A stretch of 64,000 nt of DNA from Vermamoeba vermiformis. Its lineage: Eukaryota. Position numbers and translations under genes: made by a program. Numbering within the stretch: the stretch's first letter is position 1; every line of letters starts with the position of its first letter. This document shows, piece after piece, positions 12,779-24,156 of this stretch. The notes under the pieces are model-generated. The model did not search any database. It had not been told where the DNA came from and saw only the letters and a program-made list of their open reading frames with translations. The stretch spans positions 1-64,000 of the forward strand of contig JBEWZL010000191.1 in assembly GCA_045837725.1 (NCBI GenBank), read 5' to 3'.

Positions 12779-15700
12779 ATGGCTGAAGTCGAACAAGATG
12801 CGCGAGTTGAAGATTGTAAAGAGCCGGATGTGAAGCCAAAGAAAGATAATGTTAAGCTTCCTTGCTTTACTGAAAAGCACAAAGAGCAAGAAAAAGAATT
12901 GGAGAAGATAAGAGGCCTTAAAGCAAGCCATTGTCTTCAATGGTCAGGGCTGGTACACGACGAACAAAACTACTTAGAGATCAGCGAGCATGGACTCATT
13001 GGAAACCTTCATTCATGCGCTCTCGTAGGCGTAAGTACCATTTGACTCACTATTGTCCTTACTAAATTATTCTAAAAAGAAAAAATTTTTGCTTCTGGAT
13101 CCCCGTCGCATCCGCTCACCACTGATTTTCTTTTCTTTCAGACAAATGGTACCATCGACTACATGTGCTTACCAGATTTCGATTCTCCCACCATTTTCGG
13201 CTGTATTTTGGGTAAGTACTAAATTCGCTTTCAATCTCGAGATTTCCGAGTCCCGTCTCACGCGCTATATCTTCTAGATTCATCTAAGGGCGGATTTTTC
13301 GGTATTCAACCTCAAGAGGAAAAAGGATCATTCAATTATCACCAAGTAAGTCCTAATTGGAGTTCGATAAAGATCTGCATCTAATTTACTTTTTCAGGCG
13401 TATTGGCCAGATACGAATATCATTATGACTCGTACTCTCGGCGACAGAGGAGTTGCCCAGATCATCGATTACATGCCTGTTAAGGTGCGTAAATCGACAC
13501 TTTGACGAAAAGTGTTTGTGGATCTGATTTCCTTTTTAGTCAGAGTCTCCTGTGCCCGAAATTTGGTGTCCTGGCTTGACTCGTATAGTCGAAGGTGTTC
13601 GTGGTACTATCAAGTACCATATGAAGTGTTATCCTGCGTTTAACTACGCTAAATCCAAGCACAGCGTGGTCGCGTACAAAGGAGGCGCGATCTTCTGCTG
13701 TACCGACAAACGCACTGGATTTAAGATGCATTGCGTATTAAACACTAATGTAAGCACAATACATTATATTTTATGTATACGATGTCGTATTAATCCTTGC
13801 TAAGGTCAAATTGGATATTAAAGAACATGGAGTCGAAGCAATTTTTGAAGTGAAAGGCGGAGACAGGTAAAAAAAGCTTATAATATAATTATAGTATTAA
13901 TATTTTAATATTAGAGTCGGCTTCGATTTCTTTATGTTGAACGAGGGTCAAGCGGAAGAACTGCTCGATCGATCCAACGGCACTTTGAAACACCTCGATA
14001 AAATTGGCGCGCTCGGTCAAAAGATTGACGGAAATTTCAAGAAAAAAATGAATATAAAGAAGATGATGCAGCCCAAGGACGGTGACGAGTACTACGAGTG
14101 CTTCAAAAAGAACGTTGATTACTGGCGTCGTGTAAGTCCTTTTAAGAATAGCTAATATTATATTATATGCTCATATGTAATGTATTAGTGGTTATCTCAA
14201 TGCACGTACAAAGGTCGCTGGCAAGAAATGGTTCATAGATCTGCTTTGGCACTTAAACTGGTAAGTCTGCAACAAAAATGCATGCCGAGAATTCAATTCT
14301 CATAATTTTATATAGTTGACTTTCAAAGAGACTGGTGCTATTGTTGCAGCCGGTAAGCGGATTTGATCTGGATCCGGATCTTTGTAACGCGAATCTGAAC
14401 TTCGTTTTTTTAGCTACAACGTCTCTGCCCGAACAATTAGGAGGTCCTCGTAACTGGGACTACAGATACACGTGGATCAGAGATGCCTCGTTCACTGGTA
14501 CGTACATGAAGTTTGACACTTTTGACAAGTGACACCTGTCAAATTTTGACACTTCTCTTAGTCTACGCACTGTTGAGAATTGGATTCAAACAAGAAGCCG
14601 CGGAGTTTATGAACTGGCTTGAGGCCCGTTGCCACGAACTGAACGAGGACGGGTCATTGCAGATCATGTACGGCATCAGAGGTGAACATCAACTGAACGA
14701 AGAGATCCTCGATCATCTCGAGGGCTACAAGGGCTCGTGTCCTGTGCGTATCGGCAACAACGCCTATAATCAATTACAACTTGACATCTACGGCGAAATG
14801 ATGGACGGAATTTACCTCTTCAACAAGTGGGGTGCACCACTGTCTTACGGTAAGTCCAGCATAGACACGTGGTATTACGAGCCTATTCTAATCCATGCTA
14901 TAGATATGTGGTCTTATGTACGTCGTTTGGTCGCCTATGTCTGCAAGAACTGGCGCACACCCGATGAGGGAATTTGGGAGGCACGTGCTGCTCGACAACA
15001 CTACACTTACTCGAAAATGTACGTAGCTTTCAACCACTTCATAATGCAACCCTAACTAACAATAACATTGGTTTAGTATGTGTTGGGTAGCTATTGATCG
15101 TGCCATAAGACTTTCGGAGAGAAGGTAATGACTGATGAAAATAGGACGATTAGAACGAGGTACTAATAATCGATTGTTCGTCTAGATCGTTCCCTGCTGA
15201 CCGTGAGTTGTGGATCAAGACACGTGACGAGATCTACGAGGAGATCATGGAAAGAGGGTTCTGTGAAGAGCGCAAAGTCTTCACGCAGTACTACGACAGC
15301 AACACACTTGACGCGTCCACGTTGATCATGCCACTAGTTTTCTTCACTTCGCCAACTGACCCTCGATTCCTTAGCACTGTTGACCTCATTGTCAAGTAAG
15401 TCCTGTCAGCTACACTAATACTAGGCCTTGTTTATTAATCTTTGTGAACAGGTCTCCTGACGAAGGTGGTCTGACTAACGGAGGTCTCGTGTATCGCTAT
15501 GACTTTGAAAAGTTCAAGGACGGTCTCGATAGCGATGAGGTACGCTAAGTGTCACTTAAAAATTCTAACTAGGATAGTCTCTAATCATTCTTAATATCTA
15601 GGGCACGTTCAACATTTGCACTTTCTGGTTGATCGAAGCACTGGCTCGTAGCGGCGAATTACACAAAGATCGCATTTCGAATGCACGTCTTTTGTTCGAA

Positions 15701-15859
15701 CAAATGCTGACATTTGCAAATCACGTGGGACTGTTCGCGGAAGAGACCGACAAGAAAGGCTTGCAGTTTGGAAATTTCCCTCAAGCGTTCACTCATTTGG
15801 CCTTAATCAGCGCTGCCTATAATCTCGATAGAAGTCTTTCGGGCTCAAATTTGAAGTAG
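12779..15859 (+). CDS. Glycoside hydrolase family 15 (trehalase/glucoamylase-like, bacterial-type architecture)
   Basis: [79 protein letters not shown] and GNFPQAFTH; many short introns. Confidence 0.92.
14530..14541. repeat. Intronic palindrome TGACACCTGTCA with flanking TTTGACA half-sites
   Basis: Read directly in the GH15 intron at about 14498-14560. Confidence 0.6.
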
Positions 15860-15914
15860 TCCCATTTTAATCTGTTTCAGCTGTGAATAAAATTTTTAAT
15901 TTTATTTTATTCCG

Positions 15915-17502
15915 TTAAAATTTTGTGTCCACGTGCGACATGAAAAAACGATGGATGCCTTTAGCTCCGATCTCATTGTAATCGTCTATAGTCATAGCCA
16001 TACTATCATGCACAAACAGCGACCCTATTATACTGCCGCCGACCCAAGCCGAAAGCTGCGGATAAAATCAGCATTACTTTACCTAATTAGGAAAACAAAG
16101 TTTGGCTTACCTGCGCCTCAGGCAGTTTGACAACTTTAACGTCTTTATAATTGGTTGAAGCCAGTAATGCTTTCAAATCTTGCCTCAATCTCTCGCCTAC
16201 GCCAGACATTTGGCCAACAGCTCCACCAATCACAATATTCCGCAACAGTTCTTGGCGTAATTCTTCGGGACATTTTTCTATGCTTTGAAACACCAGATCC
16301 GCGAGACCAGGCGAGCTTATGTTAAGCACTGAAGGATTAAACAATGCCTCGCCTACTTTGCACCTCTCGGGGCCTATCATAAAATATAGTCATTATAGAT
16401 ATCTAGTACTGTCCAACTTCAGTAAGAAGTGTCAAAGTGTCAGAATTTGACACGTGTCAAAAATCGTGAAATTTTGTTATTGCATCGGACAAAGGTTTCA
16501 ATCATAGTGTACATATTATTATACATACCATAATTAATATATTCTCCGCCCGGTAATTCCCAGCCAGACCAATACCGATCGTAATTACAGGTAATTTCTG
16601 TGTTGCAATCCAAAGTAACATAACTGTGGCGTTCAGTAATCAAACGAAGACAATGTTTTTTTGCTGGTGAATCGAAATAATATCCGCCTTCATTAAGCAA
16701 TTTTTCAAAATACGAAGTCAGTTCTTTCCCGCCAAAATCGGCTACCGTAATTCCGTGAATAATTGGCAAACCCTCGTAAATAGGCACTACTCTTATTGAT
16801 TGATAGCCTAGTGCTACTGATAAGCCAGTTAATCTACCACTGCAATATAAGGACCAAAGTGATTGAGGTTGCATGACAATCGTCTTGAAGTTGAAAGTCT
16901 CGAAACACATCTCGGTCTTTTTTTCTCGATTTGAAGCGGGAATGAGCTCATGTTCGGAGACTAATAGGCTAAGGCCAGAGGGGTCCATTTTAATGTCCTC
17001 GTATATAATCCTATTCCATATTTTTTCAACGGTAGTCACATCCGAAAAAACTCCTATAGGCATCCATAAAACCAATTAAAATCATTCAATAGTAACTATG
17101 AAATATAAATATTCATTTGAAGAATTAAAATTAAGTGTTTTTTTTGGCTGGATGTCGAAAAAAAATTAAGACTTACCTCGTACAACAGGGAAAAATAGTT
17201 GTGGATCTTCAGGGACCATATTATTAACTTTAGCATCTTCATTAGTAGACACTGCAGTTGTTGAGTCAATTACTGGGAAATCTTCGCCGGCTATTCCAGC
17301 TTTCGTTTTGAAGGATCCCATGTCAATCACCACTGTACAATTTTTAAAAATTATAAATAAGTATACGAACGATATTTTAGGTAAAATAGTGCTTAAAAAA
17401 TAATTACTACTCCATTACAAATTTTCGTAACGGATTTAGAATTTGGAATTCAATTTCGCTGCAGTTCAGTTTAAACGTACATTTTATCGAGTCTTCAGCC
17501 AT
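15915..17502 (-). CDS. Divergent actin-like / actin-related protein
   Basis: Spliced MAEDSIKLVIDMGSFKTKAG, NREKKTEMCFETF, SGRLTGL, VVPIYEG, ELPGGEYI, NIVIGG and SAWVGGSIIGSL; stop TAA at 15915-15917. Confidence 0.88.
16448..16459. repeat. Intronic palindrome TGACACGTGTCA
   Basis: Read directly; preceded by two GTGTCA half-sites; lies in an intron of the actin-like gene. Confidence 0.6.
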
Positions 17503-17708
17503 GATTAATATGATATATTATTGACTGTTAACTGAGTATCTTTAAAGTCTGGAGCTGTGGTGTTGGAAACGGATGTAGTAAATGAAGTAAAAATAAATTC
17601 TGAGACTTTGCGAGCTTAATGCCTGGTCTAAACATGTTTATGACTAGCACTACGAGCTACAACTCTTATCCCAACGAAACTAAGGTTTGAGGCATTATAT
17701 TGGAATTC

Positions 17709-18480
17709 CTAAACGGTGCATCTAGTCCAGTGACGGCAATCACCTTCAGACCAAGTCTGCCAAGCATTGAGACCCTAATTACGATCAATTAGTTATATGG
17801 GCACAGTAGGGATATTATGGATGCCGTACTTGAGTTGAAAGGATTCTGTTAGCACATCTGGCGTTCGCATCAGAGTTGTAAAGCTCATCAACGCTCTTAG
17901 GGCAATCGGGTTCTCCTCTAATTATAGACATGTTAATAGAGTATCGTATTATGGTATCTTCGCCGCTTGGCAAAGATCACACAGCGACATTTTGATGACG
18001 AACTAATGCGGATTTGACTTACAAATGGTTGCGATTGATTTGGAAGAGTCCGTAGCAGCAAATTCCATTGTAGACATGCGGGCAATAAGACGATTCATAA
18101 AACGCAATGCAAAGCATTGCATTGTGATACCTACCAAGCGTTTCAGTTTGAGGTCTCGAGATCATCTCTTTCGAAGGGACTTACTTGGCTGGAAAATGCT
18201 TCTTAACGAGCGTTTTCATATAGTCGCACGATACTTGGCTGCAGGGTTCTCGGTTGGTGGCGTTGAATCCATCGATCTATCGAAAAAGAAATCAGCTCCA
18301 ATTAACGTTGCTTCAAACGTCCTCAAATAATGAATTTGCAATATTTATTTCCAAATATACCAAAATTATTAATAATTATTCAATTTTTCGTACCTCGGTG
18401 ATTTCTTGTTCGTTGGCACTGGCAAATCCCACAAAACAGAAGGTCAAAACGACCAACGAAAGGATAAATAAGACTTTCAT
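17709..18480 (-). CDS. Secreted lysozyme-fold muramidase (c-type lysozyme / lytic transglycosylase-like); absent from the ORF track
   Basis: Five spliced exons give signal peptide MKVFILSLVVLTFCFVGFASA, then ...AMLCIAFYESSYCPHVYNGICCYGLFQINRNH...NARCANRILSTQGLNAWQTW...CTV*. The ES, GLFQIN and NAW motifs are typical of the lysozyme-like superfamily. Confidence 0.82.
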
Positions 18481-18743
18481 CGTGTAGAACTTGTTATTTA
18501 TAGATTGGTAATTAATAAAATGGGTTCTATAAAGGTTTTGGAGTCGATAGACATGACCTAAAAAAAGTTTGACAGCTCAACTGACCAACCACAGGCAAGT
18601 ATGACCCTAAAATTCGTTCAATAATGATTGTTCTGCTTAATTTTCGCCAATTTTCCAAATTGAAAGCTACAACAGAATCATTTAATCAATTTACGTTTGA
18701 TTAGTGGTTGCACATCTAGTTTAGCTAATCGACGTATCATTAA

Positions 18744-20268
18744 ATGCAGTCAAAATTGATTCAAATAGTATGTGCTATTGCACTCGTAGCTGTTGTACTG
18801 GCTGCTGACCCTCCTAAACCCACTTGGCCGTCCGCATTCGTTACCGGAGTGGATGAGATCAGAGAGCACTCAGGCGAAGTCAGAACAGTAAGAATTAATT
18901 ATGAAATAGCTCAATTAATGCAATGATAGCTAATCAGATCATTTAGGGCTTGTGGTTCTACGATCAGACCCAAGAAGCTGAACGGTTTGATGTAGAAACC
19001 GAAAGACTTCGCGCTATTGAAATTTTTGAATATAAAGAGGTAAATTTAAATACAATAATACCGTAGTATATCAAATTTATCGATAAACCTAAAAATATTA
19101 ATTTGTGTCATGACATCCGCGTCAAAAATTTATCGACAACGGTCAAATGGATCTTAAACTATTATCAAAATGCTTAATGTCATATTATTAACTTACCTAT
19201 TTAGGGCAAAGCTTACTTGGCCGAGTACAAGCACCATGAAAAGCCAACTTGCAAAATCCACGAATTGCCTAACCACATGCCTGCTCACGACTTCAGCAAC
19301 TACCAGTTTGCCGGCAAAGAATCTATTAGAGGTACATGGAGTTAATACAAGAATATATTCAAATGCTAAGAAGCTGAAATTTCTTTAATGGATCGCGTAC
19401 TGACCGACCACTTCAGGCCACAATACTTACAAGTGGGTCAGAAATACTACTAACGCCGAGTTCGTCTATTGGGCCGACGAGATCACCGAGGACCCTATCC
19501 AATTCGCTCGCGAGATTAAAGGCGAGATCAAGGAATCCGTTCACTTCTTCGCTTTCGACCGAACTCCTCAAGATCCTTATATCTTCAACGCCACTTATGA
19601 GTTGCCCGTCTGTCATGGTCAATTCAAGCAAGGTATTCCTAAGCCTATCGGTGGTAAGTAGACCTTAAAAAATTCGGCCCAAAAAAAAACCGGCCAAAAA
19701 TTTCTTCGCAAAAAATCGCGTACTGACTCAATGCACTCCAGAATCGATGTTCTACTTGCCCTCTGATACTTGCCATAAGGCCGCTGAACATGCTAAGCAC
19801 TATGCTAGCTGCGGCTGTCCTTATGTCTGGGGTGGTACTTCTTGCGGATGTGGCGGTAGCGGAGGCATGGACTGCTCTGGCTTAGTCTACACGAGCTATA
19901 GTAAGTGGCGTAGGATCGACGTATTGTTAATTTAAACTAACCGTATTTTAATAGGACAAGCGGGCTGGAACGGTATTGCTCGTACCACATCTGGTCAAGT
20001 CAAACAAGTACCTTAGTTTAATTATTTAAGCAGTAGCATAGTATTAATTACCGTATATTAGGGCTCTAGTTGCGGTTCTTGCAGCCCTCACAACACTGCT
20101 AGCTGCCATGTTGGAGATCTGTTCTTCTACTCCTTCGGTGGTCACGACGATCACGTGCTCATGTACATTGGTGGCAATTACGTGGCTGAGTGCCCTCACA
20201 CTGGTCTCAACTGTCGTGTCATCCATCCTTATACTGAGAACTACAGCACTTGCAGACGATTCTGTTAA
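18744..20268 (+). CDS. Secreted protein with an ependymin-related (EPDR/LolA-fold)-like N-terminal domain and a C-terminal NlpC/P60 peptidoglycan endopeptidase
   Basis: Signal peptide; PPKPTWPSAF..GLWFYD..ERFD..PQDPYIF; then CPYVWGG..GMDCSGLV..ARTT..GDLFFY..DHVLMYIGGNYVAECP, giving a Cys-His-Glu triad. All junctions are GT-AG and in frame. The NlpC/P60 call is stronger than the EPDR call. Confidence 0.85.
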
Positions 20269-20374
20269 GCTTTGGCGAACTTAGCTTTGAGCTGTTTTTT
20301 TCCTTATTTAGCCATAAAGATGATTTATTTAGTCCTAATAAATGTAGTTAACATGGATTCGACTGTTACTTGGC

Positions 20375-23300
20375 TTATAATGGAATTGGAGCTCCAGGCA
20401 CTGCCTCACTTTGGAGGGTAGATCCACTTTGGTCCAACCGTTTGAGGTATCCGTCCAGATCTGGAATAAATGTTTCTGCACCGGGTAATTGCACTGTAAT
20501 TTCTTGACCGGTAATGACGTTCTTCAAGTGCACTGTAATTATACCGTTGACATCCATCTCAATTGTCAATTCTCCGATCTTGGTTCCTCTGTAAACCGAA
20601 CAATATTAATAAGACAATTCCTTATTAATTAGAATACGTACTGTTTTACACCATCCAATCCGTCCAATTTCAAGTTTTGGATCAAGAAATTTTCGGCCGT
20701 TACACTTGACTCGCCGTAATACAACTGCGATATAACAATGAATAGGGATATGTATATAATGACGTCAATATACTTACATTAACTTCAACTTGCTGCGTGT
20801 TATCATTGGCCAAAATAATCTCGCGGATCTTCTTGGTTGGCATAGCAGTGTTTCGTTCGAGTATTCTAACGAACTCTCCGTTGTGATTGGTCATTAGAAC
20901 GCTGGTAGCTACCACATCGAGTAAGAGAATGCTATCGCTTTCATCGAGGGCTGCAGTTGGAGCCGGTCGCATCACTATAAAACAAACAATTATATTAAAA
21001 CCTTTTCTTAATACTAGATAATAGTGCCTGGCTGCCGGTCGCATCGAAAATATAACTATTTATTACAAGAAAGGATCGTTTAAACCATTACGTCAAAAAA
21101 AAATAGTGCATATTTTTTTCAGGAATAAAAGATGATAGTAATAATTAATATGAACAACGCAGTAATGTACGAGTGACGTTCACTAAATAATCCCGTAGCG
21201 GAACTTCGTTTGCGACCGGCAGAAGCATCGTAATAAGGATCGACTGAGGCAGTTTTGACCGCCAATATTGTGTTGGACAGACTTACTCTTGGCACTCGCG
21301 AACCCTCCTGCGCCAAAAGCTCTATGATGGTGCATTGCTTCTTCGCGCACAGTCTGAATAGGCACGATGACCTGTTGTGTCTTGCTCGGATCATTTTCTT
21401 GCGACTTGTCTACGGCAATGAACGAGGTCTCACGCGACATTAAGTTGTACCGTTGAGCCAAATCAATAATTAAGTTCTTCACTTTCGAGGCACTCTCTTC
21501 GTCCAGCTCGGGTCGGTGGTATCGGAGATTTCCGGAACGGTCTTCTTGGACCTTAGCTTCGTGTGCGAGGTGGATCTCGCTGCGAGATTCTTCTAAGTCG
21601 CGAATTCTTGAACGAGCTGCAAGTTTGTGAATGGTGTCGCCGTTGACGTGACGCACGGCTGTTTTTTCAAGGATGATGTCACCTTTGGCAGTTTTGACGA
21701 TGAATTTGTCGGGGACTGGGCCAGTCACCATGGCATAAGCCAATAGACGAGATCCTTCATAGAGGGTGGGCAGAGTGTAAGGCGTTTGGAACTGAACTTT
21801 GGCTTCATCGGAGTTAGTCCAGCTGACACTCTTGACCTCTTGCGAGTTACTGCCCAATGCTCGTTGCATTTGACGGTTAATCTAAGATGCAAAATAGAAT
21901 AAGATCGAGTCCTAGTGTGCATTAAACTTGACGTACCTTTTCAATGACTTCTTCGCCAGGAATTACAAACTCGGCAATACCATCACCCGCACGAGCCAAT
22001 CCGTTGACCAACTGACATTGCAAAGGTTAGAACGAAGTAGATAGACTATAAAACCTAGTCATACCAAGTGACTGACGCCGTAGCCAATGCCGACAGCGAA
22101 CACGCGATTGAATTTCTTATGCTTTTCTTCGCCAACCATGGCAATAGTGCGGTCTAGTAAGAGGTTAGGAAGGAGTTACAGGAATATAGATCAACGTACC
22201 TGTGTCGGAGATCTCGCCGTCAGTGATGACAATGACATTTTGCTTCGTTTTGTCGTTGACACTTCGTTCCAAGACGTACTTGAGAGGCTCGTACAATTCA
22301 GTGCCGCCGTTAGCCTGCAATGTTTCAACGAACTTCATGGCCGTATCGTAGTTTGCTGCATCGGCTAAGACAGGTGCGTCGAAGAGTTTGTTGTAGCCCG
22401 AAGAGAAGGCAATAATATTGAAGTAAAAATTACTTCGTTCAAACTTCTTCATGGCGTTGTCCGAGCGGCGCTTAATGTCGTTAAGACTAACGCGCAAAGC
22501 TTCTTTAACATTTTGCATCTTTTCGCCGAACATGCTGCCCGAGACATCGACGATAAAAACGACCACTTTGTCGTCGCCAATGGTCTCTTCTTTGACTTCC
22601 AAATCGGGATAAAGAGCAACGAGCACAGCCTTGTCCGGTAATCCAGCTTCATGAACGCGTTAGATAAGGTATACCAAGCTAAGAGTGGCATGGACTTACG
22701 TGTAGTTTCAATCCAAGCACGTGGCTCGTGAGGGGCTTGCAAGTTGACAGTCATCACAAAATCACTGTCCATTGGCTTAGCGCCACTAAGCTTAACGGTG
22801 CCTTTAAGTCCATTAAGTTCAACTGACACGGGGTGCGAGGGCGACGAGACTTTAACGATACGAGAAGGCATTTGCAAGTCAATGTTGAGACCGAACTTAT
22901 ATGGCACGACGTCTTGGCTTGGCGGATTCAATACCGAGTCTGTGCTGCGATGGTCCCTAAAAACGTCCCATATTAATACGCAATACGAAGCGAAGTTAAA
23001 TACCAAATGTTTTCTTGAAAAGTTTGAGATCGGATCTGTTCATGAAACAAAAGCTTACTTTGTAGTGGCGTCAATGGCTGGGACGTATCTTGGCGCGATA
23101 GTAGTCGGCAAGATGAATCTTAAATCATCACCTTCGAGCGTGAGTTCGGTCAAATAAGTCACTGTAATCTTCGCTTCTTTACGAGCGGGAAGGTTTCCGA
23201 CATTAACTGTAAATATGTCTGCTCGCTCTTCTTCCATCAAATATGCAGTGTGGCCTTGTTCGAGTGCCTCGTTGTATTCTTTGAGTGCTTGTTGTCTGCG

Positions 23301-23736
23301 CAGAAAGTTAGTTTTGGTTGATCGGATCACGAGGTAGAACTTACTTTGGCTTTGAAAGCGCGACGACAACATTGCCTTCTATTTCAGCCTTGAATTCGGT
23401 GATGGCTGATTTTTCATCGAGAGGGAATTTGTAAATACATTCAAGCGGGTGCTCTTCTTCATTTTTGTAGACTTGAGTAATTTGTACTTTCGCTAGAAAA
23501 TCAATAACATCGACTTGGACCTATAATATGAATTTTTAATAAGATCAAAATAATTCAAGAATATTTGTAGAACAACTTACGTCAAAAGTTTGAAGAGGGA
23601 TCTTGGATGCTGCGAACTTCGGGTCTCGTACATATAAAGAGGCTCTAAAGCCATCTTTAGTATCTGATGTCGAGAATTTAGGCAAAATTATTGCGACAAG
23701 CACAATAATAAACAAGGATGTGGCAAGTCTCTGCAT
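20375..23736 (-). CDS. Secreted VIT + vWA protein (vWA5A/ITIH-like), probably fused to a C-terminal Hsp70 substrate-binding-domain-like module
   Basis: Signal peptide; VIT (YKNEEEHPLECIYKFPLDEKSAITEF, DIFTVNVGNLP); MIDAS residues DVSGSM, ANGGT and ITDG; downstream exons read LLLDVVATS..ILERNTAMPTKK..MDVNGII. The link between 21183 and 20976 is inferred. Confidence 0.78.
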
Positions 23737-24156
23737 GTTCTCTTCTATATGACAATAATAACGCTATCTTATTCTAAATTGGTATTATTGTGACTTTGTT
23801 TCTGATGAGACTTTCTTAAATAATGAAATCAGCTGGTTTATGAAAAGTTTTACTTTTTTGTAAAGAGAACACGTCAGCAGATTGCTGACTCAGCAAATAT
23901 TTTAGTAACTGTTGTGTCATTGCTTGGATATCATCGTTTGGATGATAATTTTGAATCGATCTGCCGACATGTATTGCAGCAGTGGATGAGATCAGAAAAC
24001 ACGATCGGCTTTAGCAAGAACCGTAAGAATAAATTATAATAAAATACCTCAATTAATAAGAGAAATCGACAACCCTCTTCGCGGTTTTTTTATTGGATCT
24101 TGCTTTTTATTTATTTACGTGAATCAATAAATAATAGCCGTAGTGTCGTAGCGCGT

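Noticed and set aside
18025-18487. Plus-strand ORFs 18025-18330 and 18254-18487
   Set aside because: The real gene is the spliced minus-strand lysozyme-like CDS.
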